Origin: Cycas panzhihuaensis
Taxonomy: Eukaryota; Plantae; Cycadophyta
DNA: 64,000 nucleotides
Direction: 5' to 3'
Assembly: GCA_023213395.1 (NCBI GenBank)
Contig: CM041465.1
Span: forward strand, 140,127,741-140,191,740
Made by a program: the position numbers and the translations under genes. The notes under the pieces are model-generated. The model saw only the letters and a program-made list of their open reading frames with translations. It ran no database searches and was not told the DNA's origin. How positions within the stretch are numbered: position 1 is the stretch's first letter; each line of letters begins with the position of its first letter. Of the stretch, positions 13,490-26,921 are shown piece after piece.

Positions 13490-16400
13490 TTCTAACCCAC
13501 TAAACTAGAATTTCCTTAATTTGATAAGGAAGACTTGGCTAGCTAGTTAGATAGGGCAGAACAATATTTCCATGTCCACCTAATGCCCATTGACCAAAGA
13601 ATTTCCATAACATTATTTCACCTAGAATATGAGGCAATCTAGTTGTACCAATGGCTGGAAAATATGTATGATACCCTCAAGTGGGCTGAATTTAGAAAAT
13701 ACTTTCTCACATGATTTAGACCAAATGAATATGAAAACTTCACAAGGGTCTTAAACCAAATTAAAACCAACTCATCATATCTACAAGTATTATACACAAT
13801 TCAAGAAATTAGCGAATTAAACAATGGGGCTTGATGAGACTTTTTTCAAGAGTTATTTTATCAATGGTTTAAAAGAAGACATTCGTGCAAAAGTTAAAAT
13901 GTTTAAGCCCACTTCTTTTATAGAAACCATATGGTTAGCAAAGCTAGTAGATGATAAATTTTCCACCATGCACTAACCATTTAAAATTATATAAGTTTGA
14001 CCCCTATAATTGGCTCAACCAAACCTGGCCTCAATTGTTAGAGCACCACTTATCATGTGCTTAAGTCATGAATTTATGGTTGTCCACAAAGTAATAGGGC
14101 TTTGTTATAATTACAATAAGAAACATTGTACCTAGTCACAAATCTACAAAATAAAAACCCCTTTTATTAAATGTTGAGGCATCTTTCATAGCTAACATGT
14201 TAGACATCTTAGATGATAACTTAGAGGATGAACAAACTAAAGAGACCATTGGGAATGAGGACACTACTCTTGAAATTTTAGTGCACGCATTAGCCCAAAT
14301 CACCACATCCTAAACAATGAAGGTATTAGGATATTTCAAGGGGCATCATCTATCTATTCTCATTGACTTTAGCAACACCCATAATTTTATTAATCCTAAC
14401 ATAGTCAAACATATTAGTTGTTACATTTACCAACTCAATAACTTCAAGGTAATGATAGCTAACACATGAATGTTGACTTTTGGGCTAGTGTAAGAACATC
14501 AAGTTATCCATAGGGAACTACACTATGAAATTATACATGTTTGTACTCTAATTAAAGGGTTGTGATACGGTTTTGGGGGCTTAATGGCTTTGCATGTTAG
14601 GACCTATCCTATGAGATTTCACTAAATTATGGATGAAGTTTATGACTAACAACCAACAATACACCTTGGTTAATATGATGGCCACTCTCACTTGAATTAT
14701 TAGCTCCTACCAAATAAAGAAATTAGTAAAAAGGGGTCCTTAGGGAGTGGTGGCTCAACTATGTGCAATGCAAATGATAAAAATAACTAACTAAAAGTTT
14801 GACACAATGCTAGATGTAACTAGCCCTACAGACTTATGATTGATTCTCAAAAAGCATATCCCAATGTTTGCAAGTCCCTATGGACTACCAGCCTAGCACT
14901 TATATGGCCATGCTATATAATTAATTTTGGGTAATCTACTACTTGATATCTAACCGTATCAATATCCCAACACAAAGAAGACTAAAATCAAGAAGGTAGT
15001 TAAGGAGTTATTGGATGCAAGAGTCATCTGACCAAGTGTTAGCCCTTTTCCCTCTCCAATACTATTGGTCTAAAAAAAATATAAGTTATGGCAAATATAT
15101 GTGTATTTTTATAAGTTAAATAAAATCACTATCAAGGATAAATTTCCTATTCTCATAATTGATGAATTATCGAATAAATTGCATGGTGCTTGTTTTTACT
15201 CTAAATTGGACCTACGATCTAGCGACCATCAAATTTGAATATAGGTAAAGGATACTCTTAAGACAACCTTTTGTACTCATGAAGGCCATTATGAGTTCTT
15301 GGTAATGTTATTAGTCCTCAAAAATGTATCATCCAACTTATAAAGTTTGATGAATAAAAAAAATTGACCCTTCCTTTTGAAGTTTATACTAGCATTCTTT
15401 GATGATATCTTAGTTTACAACAAAATGTGGGAGGATTATTTAATTCACTTGAGCCAAGATAACTTAGTTTACAAAAAAATGTGGGAGGATAACTTCTAGT
15501 GGGAAACTAACTTTATACTAAGTGTTCCAAACGATCCTTTGGCACCAACAAAGTAGAATACTTTGGACATATTATTTCCATGGAAGACATTAAGGTGGAT
15601 ATAAAAAAAATTAAAGACATACAAACTTAAACAAAGTAAGTCCCTTAAGAGTCTTCATGGAGTTTTGGCCCTCACAGGCTATTATGGTAAGTTTGTTAAA
15701 GAAAATGGTAAAATTATGTCACCACTAATTACATTACTAGAAAAGAATACTTTCCAATTGTTAGAATTAGTAGAGCATGCTTTTGAGATTCTCAATGAGG
15801 CCATGTGTTGTACACCTATACTAGCCATGCTGAACTTTTTTAAACCATTCATTATTGAAAGTAATGCCTCTAGGGTTGGAATTAGTATCGTCTTAGTGTA
15901 AGAAGGATGACCACTGGTATTCACTAAGAAGGTACTTGCTTACAAGAATACAGAAAGACCCACATATACAAAAGATATATCATGCATCATTTATGCTATC
16001 AACCATCAATGGCCCTAACTTTTATGACTTCTACATTAAGACTGACCATCATAGTCTTAATTATTTCCTGGAGCAATGTGTATCCTCAACTAAACAATAA
16101 AAGTGGGACATTAAGTTTTTGGGCTATGATTATGAGATTATCTACAAAAAGGGGAAGGAAAAAGTGGTGGATAACATACTATCATACAAGTTTAAGGAGT
16201 AAAGAGAATTACATGCTTTATCCTTACTAAACCCAAATTATTTAAAAGGAATTACATAATAATAACAACATGATATATAGTTATAGTAACTCATTTAACC
16301 ACTAACAATTGATTCCATAACTAAACTTGGATACTCTTGGGATGGCTACTATTTGTACTATAAGGGATGCATTATGATTTTAACTAAATCTAATCTTAAA

Positions 16401-17017
16401 GATAAGTTATTACAAGAACTATATATAGCACCTTCTATAGGGCATTCTAGTTTCTTAAAGACATAAGAACAAGTCAAATGTTTTTTTTTTTGGCTTGGTA
16501 TGAAACTGGACATCAAAAGGTTCTTGGAAGAATGTGATACATGCCAACGTCAAAAAGGGAAAACCTCAAAGATTCTAGGAATATTACTACTACTATGGAT
16601 TCCAACAATGGTATGGTAGGACATTTCTATTGGCTTTATTAAATGGTTGCCTAAATTAGGGGGTAAATTAGTTTTTCTTGTGGTAGTAGATCATTTTTCC
16701 AAGTATTTCCATTTTTATTCATTGATTCACCTATATAAGGCCACTATTATTGCCCAAGTTTTTCTTGATAATATCTTTCACTTACATGGTATGCCTATGT
16801 CTATTATCTATGATTGTGATTCTACCTTTACTAGTTATTTCTAGGAGGAATTATTTAAGATGCAAGAAACATAGTTGAAAATAATCTTAACTTATTGCCC
16901 ATAAACTTATGGCCAAACCAAAGTGGATAATAAATGTTTATAAATATATTTATATTATTTTACCTCTTAACATTAAACTCATTAGGCGAAGTGGTTACCT
17001 CTTGTTAAAAGTGCTAC
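13490..17017 (+). pseudogene. Element A gag-PR-RT-RNaseH-integrase (5' part), multiply disrupted
   Basis: KLEFP*FDKEDLAS*LDRAEQYF (gag); ILIDFSNTHNFI (protease, ~14350); TIKDKFPILIIDEL...[10 protein letters not shown]...FFDDILVY (RT); ALTGYYGKFVKENGKI...FIIESNASRVGI (RNase H); VVVDHFSKYFHF...FHLHGMPMSIIYDCDSTF (integrase). Confidence 0.9.
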
Positions 17018-17356
17018 TATTGGAATAATACCCATATTGGAGCTTGCATCTACCTTGGGTTGGTTATCGACATTAGGGTGATAACCTAAGATTGGTAGAG
17101 ATATCATGGTGGCTTTATGTTGGATCTTAATCATACTTAGATGCACTTTATCAAATCTTGGCAGTGTCCTTTCTAGCATTTATCAATACTAGTCGATGAT
17201 GGACATTGAGTGGTATACCACATCCTACTCTCCTCCCATATGTTTATTCATAGGATCAAAAGACCCCGGTATTTATCAAGACCACCACTTTTACAGGTTG
17301 ATGGTTAACTCATTCATGTATTCTCATTCTATTCCCTCTATTCCCTGATTCCGTCA
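17018..17356 (+). repeat. Element B 5' LTR
   Basis: Direct repeat of 39417-39744; TA...CA ends. Confidence 0.93.
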
Positions 17357-19702
17357 TTAGGTATCATGGTAAGTTCAAGCATCTAGAGCCATCTTTCTTA
17401 TTGCAGAAGCTAACATTAAACATCTAAAGCCATTACTCAAGAGTTCAGAGCCACACTCAAGAATTCAAAGCTATAAAAGAGTTTATAAGGAGTTTGTCAA
17501 ACATATTATTTGTATATATATGGTCTGTATTGATTTAGTTCATTATTTATATTAATTTTATCATTACATTTCTACATGTATTAGTCTAGTTAACATTCAT
17601 CCTTCAAGCAAGCTCTCATACAGAAGATTTGGATATTTGCACATTATTTCTATGCCCATCCTTGTAGGTGGATCATTATTTTCTTTTATTACAGGCACAT
17701 CAAGTTTGACTATTAAAAGTTGTAAGAGGTTGGCACATTCTCAATTATTCTAACTCCTCCTCTACTTTCAGGCTTACAACCCTAAACTTGTCATTTGTCT
17801 TCCTCTCTTAAGAATGCTCAAGTTATGTAAGGCCCGTTGTCTCTATTCAAAAAGAGAATTTTTGCCTATGCCAAAAAACTTTGAATCAGTCAAGACACCA
17901 CAAGAATCTAAGGTGTGATATCCAATCCTTGTCGTTTCATACTTAGTAACATTCTCCTTTTTAAAGTACTAGACCAAGCTCTTTTCTGAGATTAAATCAA
18001 TTGATTTTGATGCCTTAAGATAAGCTTGTCTTTGCTAGCTTTCAAATCCTTATATCTATGCCTCTATATCTCCTTTTTATACTCATGACTATATTTAATA
18101 TTAACAGAACTGTGTTTCTTTGCATGGAAGTCCTCTATTTACATTGCTTCCTTTGCTTCACATCCCTTTGCTCTACCTTCATCAATATTTATTAATTCTT
18201 CACGTTACTCAACTACGTGATTTAATTTTCTCACTGGCATGTATATCTATATCTCTTGATTGCATCCTTCATATTTATGATTGTGTCACTTTATTTGTTA
18301 GCTTGCATGATCCATTTTTTGGCAGTTCGTATACTAACAACTTTATCTACATCTTCATTGTCTTTTATTTATGTCTCCTTCAGCCTACGACTCTTTATAA
18401 GTAATGAAAATATTTGTGTTTGAAGACTTTAACATTTATATTGTAAACAAAATAATTTTTCTTGTTTAATATTTATATCACCTTTCATTTTTATGCTAGT
18501 CGTATTACTTTATAAAGCTTTTTATGCTTACAATTATAACTACATTTACATTACCCAAAATAATTGTGCTTATACTCACATCATTATGTCTAAAACAAAT
18601 CAACATAAACTTTATAAATTTGCTTTAATATGCTCTTATATCCATTTGTATTATTTATGTCACCTACTCGGGTGGATTTAATGCTGGGACAAATCCCATT
18701 TTTGTTCTTTGAACTATTGGGACTGTAGTAATAACATAATGATTTCAAGGGAGTTTTTCTTTGAAGAATTTGAAGCAAAGATTTTATGGTTCTTTTTGAA
18801 AGGGTTTGAATCATTTTGATAAAAGATATTTTTTCAAAATATGTAGCTATGTCCTCATTTCTTCATGCTTTTAGATTAGACGAGGTTGTTTTCTTGGTCA
18901 AATTTCTCTCTGTTTTGTGGAAGCTAATATTCAGGCTCATATTGTTGATTAACTATTTTGAGCTTACGTGAATACATTGAAGTATTTAAATTTCCTTTCA
19001 TTCTTCAGTAGCCCCCTTGTCTTGCAACCAACATGTCACATTCAGTACTCAAAGTGACTAGGAATTAGTTTTTCAAAGCGGGCCAAGTTATTTTTCAAGT
19101 TATTGTTTTAAAACTAGGACCTATCTTTACTCTAGTAACCATAACTCTCACCAGCGAAGTCAAAATTTAGTTTTGTCAGATTTTAGGGTAAAGTGCATTT
19201 CCACTTGAATGAATGAGTGGTCACACACCATATTTATTTGAGCTTTATATGTTAAAAGGTTAATTTTTCTATAAATATTTCAATACATATCTTGGCCATC
19301 TAATATTAGAATTAAGTCTTGTCTTAAGCATTGGATTTTATTTTCTATCCTCTATTGAGTGGTTAAAACTTTAAAATTTTTTGAAGTCATCTTATGTAAC
19401 TTTTAATGCTCAAAATTGGCATTAGATGAGGGCTTCTTACATGATGTCCCTTATATAAACTAGCCAAAATTCAGTTTGTAAGCTCCTACTAATACAAAAA
19501 TTTATTTTTGAGGTAGTTGAAGTCCTAATTGGGACATTTGTCTAAATTTTAGAGGTGAAGTGGGATAATCTTATTGCTTTTAAGTGTCTCTTTTATTACC
19601 TTTTTAGTGCTTTGATTATACTTTATGTCAAGTATTTTATATTTCAAAAAATTTTTTTTTTAAGGCATTCTTTTGATTATAGCATCGAATATTGAAAATA
19701 TT

Positions 19703-22700
19703 ATGGTGCCTAAGTTTGATGGAATAATTTTTCTTAATTAGAGTAGGTGTATAAATCCAATCTTTATTGTTAAAGATATATGGAAACTTGTTGATACATG
19801 TTATGAATCTCTTATTGAAAATACCATGGAGGACGAGAAGAAATACTTTAAGGAGAATGAAAAGAGGGACATCAAGGTACTTGCACTCATCTTTTAAGCA
19901 TTGGGAGACTATATATTCCTAAGGATTAGTGAGGTAACAACATCAAAAAATGCTTGAGATGCACTCAAGATGACATACAAAAGAGTGACATCATTAAAAC
20001 TTTAAACTTTAAGAAGCAGATTTGAAAATCTAAGGATCACTACTTATGAAGGGATTAATGATTTTATTACAAAGGTCCAAGGCTTAGTTAATCAAATGAG
20101 GGCTTTAAAAGAGGTGATTAGTGAACAAAGAGTAGTTAAAAAAATCTTAAGGTATGTAGGTGATATTAAGTGGTTTAAGATGGTGGTCATTAGTATAGAA
20201 GTTACTAAAGATCTTAGCACCCTCAAAATAGATCAACTAAGCAGTATGCTTCTAGCATTTGAAGAAAAGAAAGGGGGAAGTGAATCCCTTGAGTATGCTT
20301 TTGCCACTAAGGTAAAAATACGACCCACATATCAAAGATAAAGTTCTAGGGGTAGAGGTCAATCCCCTAAATGTAGAGGCTAACCTAGAAACCAGTTTCA
20401 AAGGTAAGGTCAAAGCATCTAAGGTTATCATCAAGACTATTAAACACAAGGTTAAGACACCTATCAAGGACAAGGCCCAAATCAATTTTATTAAGGGAAA
20501 ATTAGTACCAAGGTTAAAGGTACTATCAAGGCTAAGGTCAAGGCCAAAATTATGGACCTTAATGAAGAGGAAGAGGTCAATGTCCTAGGGGAAAAAACCA
20601 AGGACAGAGAGGTAGGAGTCCAAAGGGTAGAGGAACCATTCAATATTCCTACTATCTTAAGAATGGTCACTTAAAAGAAAACTATTTTGCAAAAAGGTCA
20701 AGTTCATAAAGAGGAATAATTAATACAATTGTAGAAGAAAGACATAATGATAGATTATTTCTTTCAACCTTAATATCCAATGAGGAAGAAGATAATTAGT
20801 ACATCGATTTAGGGTGTTCCACACATATGACTCATTAGGAAGAGTGGTTTAAGGAGTTGGATAACTCTAAGAAAATCAAAATTATATTTAGAAATAACAC
20901 TACTCAAGCAATTGTTAGACAAGACAATATCTCTACAACAACTAATTTTAGAGAAACTAGGAGAATAAATGATGTACTACATGTTCTAGCACTAAAAAAG
21001 AACTTACTTTCAGCAAGTTAGATAATGGAATAGAAATACAAAGTGGTCTTTGATAATGGGAAATACACTATCAAGGGAAGATTAAGGAACAAGCTAATTG
21101 TGGCCAAAGGATAAATGACTAGTGACAGGTTATTCAAACTAGTCATACCCTCAATAGATTATTATTCCTTAAAGGCATCAACAAATATGGACAGTGAAAT
21201 ATGGAACAAAAGACTTGACTATGCAAATTTCAATAGTTTAGCCTTAATGAAAAGAATAGATATGGTAATTGGACTTCCTACTATTAAACTTAGCAAGGAA
21301 TTATGTGAAGGATGCATACTTGGAAAGCAATAAAGGAAAGAATCTTCTAATGAAAGTTATAGTGCCAATGGCCCCCTTCAATTGATATATATAGATTTAT
21401 TTGGTCCAATGGATATGCCCTCACTTGATAGAGCAAAGTTTTTTATGACATTTATTAACGATTTTACAAGAATGACATGGGTCTACTTCCACATATTCAA
21501 GTTAGATGTTCTTCAATATTTCATGGACTTTAAAACTTTAGTGAAAAGACAAAATGGACTTAAAATTCTAAACCTAATATCAAATAATGGAGGAGAATTT
21601 ATTTTAAATAAATTCAATATTCATTATAGATATTGTGGCATAATAAAACAACTCACTAATCGTTATACCTCATGGAAAAATGGGGTTGCTGAAAGAAAAA
21701 ATAGAACAACTATTAAAATGGTAAGAAGTATGCTTAAAGATAAGCATTTAGGAAGTAAATTTTAGGTTGAAGTTGTATATACAACTATCTATGTATTGAA
21801 TAAATGTACCATTAAACCAGTTAGGTGGGTTACACTAGAAGAAGCTTGGAAAGGCTATAATCCAAGCATTAAACACTTGAGAATTTTTGGGTACATAGCT
21901 TATGCACATGTCCCAGATTAAAGGAGGACAAAACTAGATGATTAGAGCATCAAATATATTTTATAGAACATAGTAACTCTTCTAAATTCTATAAACTTTA
22001 TGATCCAAAAGTAAAAAATATTATTATAAACATGGATTTCATCTTTAAAGAAGATGAATTTTATCAAGAAGAAGTTGAAAAAGAGAAAAGGAAAAATATC
22101 ATGGTTGATATAGATTCAAACTCTAAGGGTATAAATGTGCCTAATATAAATGAAACAACTCCCTTTATATCAAATCAAGGGGTCCTTAAGTGGGTACAAA
22201 GGGCACATAAACCTTTAAATATTTTAGATACTAACTTTGAGAGGACTACAAGGTCTCAAAGGGTGAGTTTTACATTGATGACTTAGGTTATGGGGTATAA
22301 TGAGTCTCATAACTTTAAAAAAGCTAACACTCAGGATGAATAGAAGTAAGCAATAAAGGATGAATACAATGCCTTAGTGAAAAATGACACATAGGAGTTA
22401 GTAGATCTGTCACCTAATAAGAATGCTATTAGGACTAAATGGGTCTATAAGATCAAGTATAAATCAGATGGGTCTACTGATAAGTACAAAGCAAGGATAA
22501 TTGCTAATAACTATGCTCAAATTGAAGGCATAGATTACAATGAGATATTTGTAACTGTTGCAAGGTTAGAAATAGTTAGATTGATGATGGGCTTAGTTGT
22601 ACGACAAGGTTAAATAATTCACTTAATTGATGTAAAAGGTACCTTCTTAAATAACTATGTGGATGAAAAAATATATTTCTAACAACTAAAAGGTTTTGAA

Positions 22701-23219
22701 GTGAAAGAAGAAGAAAACAAGATTTATAAACTTAAAAAGGCCTTGTATGGACTTAAGCAAGCACCTAGAGTATGGCATTCTATGATTGATAAATATTTTA
22801 AGGATAAATAATTCCAAAGAAGTTAATCTGATCCTAATTTATACATCAAATTAGAAGGAAGATCTATACTTATTATGGGCTTATATGTTGATGACCTGGT
22901 TTACACTGAGAATAGTGAATACTTGTCTTAAATATTCTAGAAAGATATGTGCAAGGAGTTTAAAATAGTAGACTTGGGACTAATGCATTACTTCTTAAGC
23001 ATAGAAGTTTGGCAAGATGAAAAGGGGATATTTGTCTCCCAAAGGCAATATACATTAGACCTATTACATAAGTTCAACATGAATAGTTGAAAACCACTCA
23101 CAACTCTAACAAAAATTGGGTTGAAGTTGTCCAAGTTTGAAGAATCATACTTAGTTGATGCTACCATCTATAAATAATTGATTGGGAGTCTAATTTACTT
23201 AACTTTAACTCAACCAAAT
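19703..23219 (+). pseudogene. Element B Copia gag-PR-IN-RT (5' part)
   Basis: MVPKFDG gag start; decayed zinc knuckle ~20640-20690; *YIDLGCSTHMT protease ~20800; LCEGCILGKQ; IYIDLFGPM...KNGVAERKNRT integrase; [16 protein letters not shown]...GLYVDDLV. Confidence 0.9.
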
Positions 23220-23876
23220 TGTTAGATAATATGATAACAATATTTTAGAGTCTAAAATTTTGATAGGTTGGTAGCGTGGTTCCCCCCCCCCCCCCTCTCC
23301 AAACTTCCTTAGAGGGTTTCAAGAGGGGTGGGAGCCCCCCTTGGCTGGGGGGTGCCAGAACCCCCCCCCCCCCCACAAAGAGGGGGTTTAGGGGTGATAA
23401 CCCCTGACCCAAAAAACTAGCACTGAAAAACATACTAAATTGTAAAGAAAATTGAGGTCATTTGCTCAAAATACTCTAGATTCTATGGTCGAGATTTATG
23501 CCTTGTATGACTCTCTCATATAGCCTGATTTAGGGTGTTTTTCATATTGTTGATGGTGTTCGATGTACTGTGAAGAGTTAGGTAGCTAGTTGTTGTTGCT
23601 GTGAGTATTCTACTATAAATTATATACATTTCTCCATTCTTTAATAATAAAGATCAATACCTTTCCTATGTGGATGTTTCTCTAGCACACTACTAGGGTT
23701 TTACCATGTTATATGGAGTGTATATGTGATGCTTTAACTTTCTAATTTATTTTATTGTATTATCTCTAGTTTAAGAACTTGCATATTAAATTTTAGTTTT
23801 GATTCCTATAACTAGTTACAAAATAGTTTAGATCATGCTCGCAGTTTCAGGTTATTGGGACCTTGTCTTCTCAACA
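23220..23876 (+). repeat. Element C 5' LTR
   Basis: Direct repeat of 38125-38787; TG...CA ends. Confidence 0.95.
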
Positions 23877-23938
23877 AGTGGTATCAAAGCCACTTTTATT
23901 TTTGCAACGAGTTTTGGTGTCGGCTTTTTTTACACCAT

Positions 23939-25790
23939 ATGGCAAAACTAGTGAATGTAAAGTTTGAGGTGGAGAAATTTAATTGCAAAAACAACTTCAA
24001 GTTGTGGAAGTTGAAAGTATATGATGTTCTAGTATAATAAGGTTTATACAGAGCTCTTGCAGGCAATAAAAAAAACCCACAAGGATGGATGATGATGAAT
24101 GAGATGATATAAATAAAAGGGCTCTTAGCATAATACGATTTTACTTGGCAGATGAAGTTCTATTTAACATCGTAGGGGAGCAGATAATAGTAGGATTATG
24201 GACATAGTTGGAAGGCTTATATATGACCAAATCAATGATAAATCGAATCTACTTGAAGACACAACTGTACTCATTATGAATGAAGGAAGGTACAAAAATT
24301 ACTGATCATTTAAATATTTTCAATACCCTTATCTGTCAGTTAGCTAGTATCAATATCACAATTAAGGATGAGGATAAGGTTGTTACCTCATTATGTTTAT
24401 TTCCAGAATCCTGGGATAATATTGTCACCTCAATTAGTTTTAGCACTACAGATGAATTAGACTATGATTCTATTGTGAGTGCTTTGCTAATGGAAGAAGT
24501 GAGGAGGAAGTCTAGTCTTGAAATCTCCATACCAGAAGCTATGATAGCAAGGGGTAAAATAATTGAGAGAGGATAAAGCTCTAGGGACACATCAAGGTTA
24601 AATTCAAAAGGCAAGAAGAGTAAGCTCAGATGTTGGCACTGTAATATGACAGGTTACCTCAAGAAGGATTACTACAAAAGAAAGGAGTTCCAGAAAAAGG
24701 AAGATCCTACCAAGGAGGCTAATCATGTGGAGTCGAATCAAGGTACGAATGATGATATCTTGGTTGCTTATAATATTTCTCATTATCATCATGATTGACT
24801 ATTAGATTCGAGTGTTTCACACCATATGTGTCTACATAAGAGTTAGTTTTCATCATAGCAACCTCTTAATGGTGGTGATGTTCTTATGCAAAATAAAGTT
24901 TCTTGTAAGATAGTGGACATTAATAACATCAGAATTAAAATATTTGATGGTGTAGTAAGAACATTAACTGAAGTTAGACATGTACCTGATCTAAAAAATA
25001 ATTTGATTTTCTTGGGTGAACTAGATTCTAGTGGTTATAAGTACACAGGTCATGAAGAATTCTTAAAGGTATCAAAAGGTGCCTTAATTATTATAAAAGC
25101 CTTAAAGAAAGGAAATCTTTACATTTTAGTGGGAAGCATAGATGTTAACCATATAGCTACAACATCAAAGACTGCAGAAGATCTAGCTCAGTTATGGCAT
25201 CAAAGACTTAGGCACATGAGTGAGAGAGGACTTAAGGTGCTGATAAATTGTAAGTTATTTCCTAACTTACAACTTTCTGATTTAGATTTTTGTAAACATT
25301 ATATTTTTGGACAGCAGTATAGACTTAGGTTTAAAGTAGGGAGTCAAACTAGTAAAGGTGTTCTAGATTACATACATTCAGATGTGTAGGGACCAACCCC
25401 TATAATATCTTATGGAGGATCATTGTACTTTATCACATTTATAGATGATTACTCTAAAAAGGTATGGGTCTATTTTTTGAAAATAAAATCTAAAGTTTTT
25501 AGTGTATTTAAGCAATTTAACGCTCTAATTAAAAAGAGTACTGATAGGTGAAGTAAATATTTAAGAACTGACAATGGAGGTGAGTTCAACTCTTTGGAGT
25601 TTGAGAACTATTATAGAGAAGTTGGGATCGAAAAGCATAAGACCACTAGCTATACTCCACAGCAGAATGGCATAGCTAAGAACATAAATAGGACACTCTT
25701 AGAAAGAGTAAGAAGCATGCTAAGTAATGTAGGAGTGGAGCAGGGCTTATGGGTAGAAGATGTTCAAATAGCTTGCTATTTAGTAAATAG
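23939..25790 (+). pseudogene. Element C gag-PR-integrase (5' part)
   Basis: MAKLVNVKFEVEKFNCKNNFKLWKLK; RCWHCNMTGYLKKDY knuckle; *LLDSSVSHHMC protease; LWHQRLRHMSERGL; LDYIHSDV...LRTDNGGEF...TPQQNGIA integrase. Confidence 0.92.
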
Positions 25791-26399
25791 TGATGGAATA
25801 TAAACGATGGTGGAGATTGGATAGAGCCAAATCACATAATCAGTACATTATTACATAAACACATAAATCTTTTGTATTCAATCCATAATGAATGAGTACA
25901 TAGAAAATCTCTAAATGTAGGCAGTGTCTAAAGACACTAGGGTTGCACACCCCTCAAAATATATAATTTGGGGGAGGAGGGAAACTCCTCAACACCTAGA
26001 GTTTAAACAATAATAAAATATTACATAACTTAACTCAAAATAACTTAACTCAAATCAACTTAACCTTATCTTGTACTCACCTTCACATGTGAGCACCCAC
26101 ATGTGTAAATTGATGGGAGTGGTGTGTGCACTTTTGGGTGAAAGGTAGAAGTAGGGTGATGATTATTAACCCCAATATTCTCCCCCTTAATGATCATCAC
26201 GAATAACTTTGTATTCTCTTTAAACTTATGGAATTTGAACTTGAAAAAAACTTTAAAATTTTATCTTTTAGCTTGATCACTATTAACTTTGCTTCATCCT
26301 TTTAGTAATGTGTGTGTCTTTGCTATTGAGTGGTTCAAAAAAACTCCAAGTAAATGTAACTTAAATTTAATGAAAGTGAATGGTTATAACTTTAACTTT

Positions 26400-26921
26400 A
26401 TTAACTAGAACTTTAACTTTGACTTCTAAAATGTTTGTGTTATGAGTGACTATCATATCATAAGATTTCTCCTCTATCATATCATAAGATTTTTTCACCT
26501 CAAATGGAGTATTAGGTTCTTATGCAATAAGATGATCATACATTTGACTTGAATTTTCCTTGGTCTTATCATCACAATCCACCTGCTTTGGCACCTATCT
26601 CACATACTCAACAATATCAACGTTAAATTCAGTTACATTGAGGGTATCTCCTCCATAAGTAGAAACTAAGATGTCCCATATAGATTTGGAAGTCATCAGT
26701 TCACAAACTTTAGAGAACACATTATCATCTATAATGTAAAAAAGTAGAGCTAAGACTTTATTATCTTTTTTAAAGTTTTCTTTAATATTAAGATTATATT
26801 CGTTTTGTAAGTATTTCCAAAGATCATTTGTAATGAAATAATTTTTCATTGTTTTATGCCATTATGAAAAATGTTAGCCATCAAATATAGGAAATTATAT
26901 TATGTTTAGATTGATTTCCAT
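26400..26921 (-). pseudogene. Element D truncated Copia gag (N-terminal DUF4219/UBN2-like part)
   Basis: FPIFDG*HFS*WHKTMKNYFITNDLWKYLQ...KENFKKDNKVLALL...VFSKVCELMTSKSIWDILVSTY. Confidence 0.8.
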
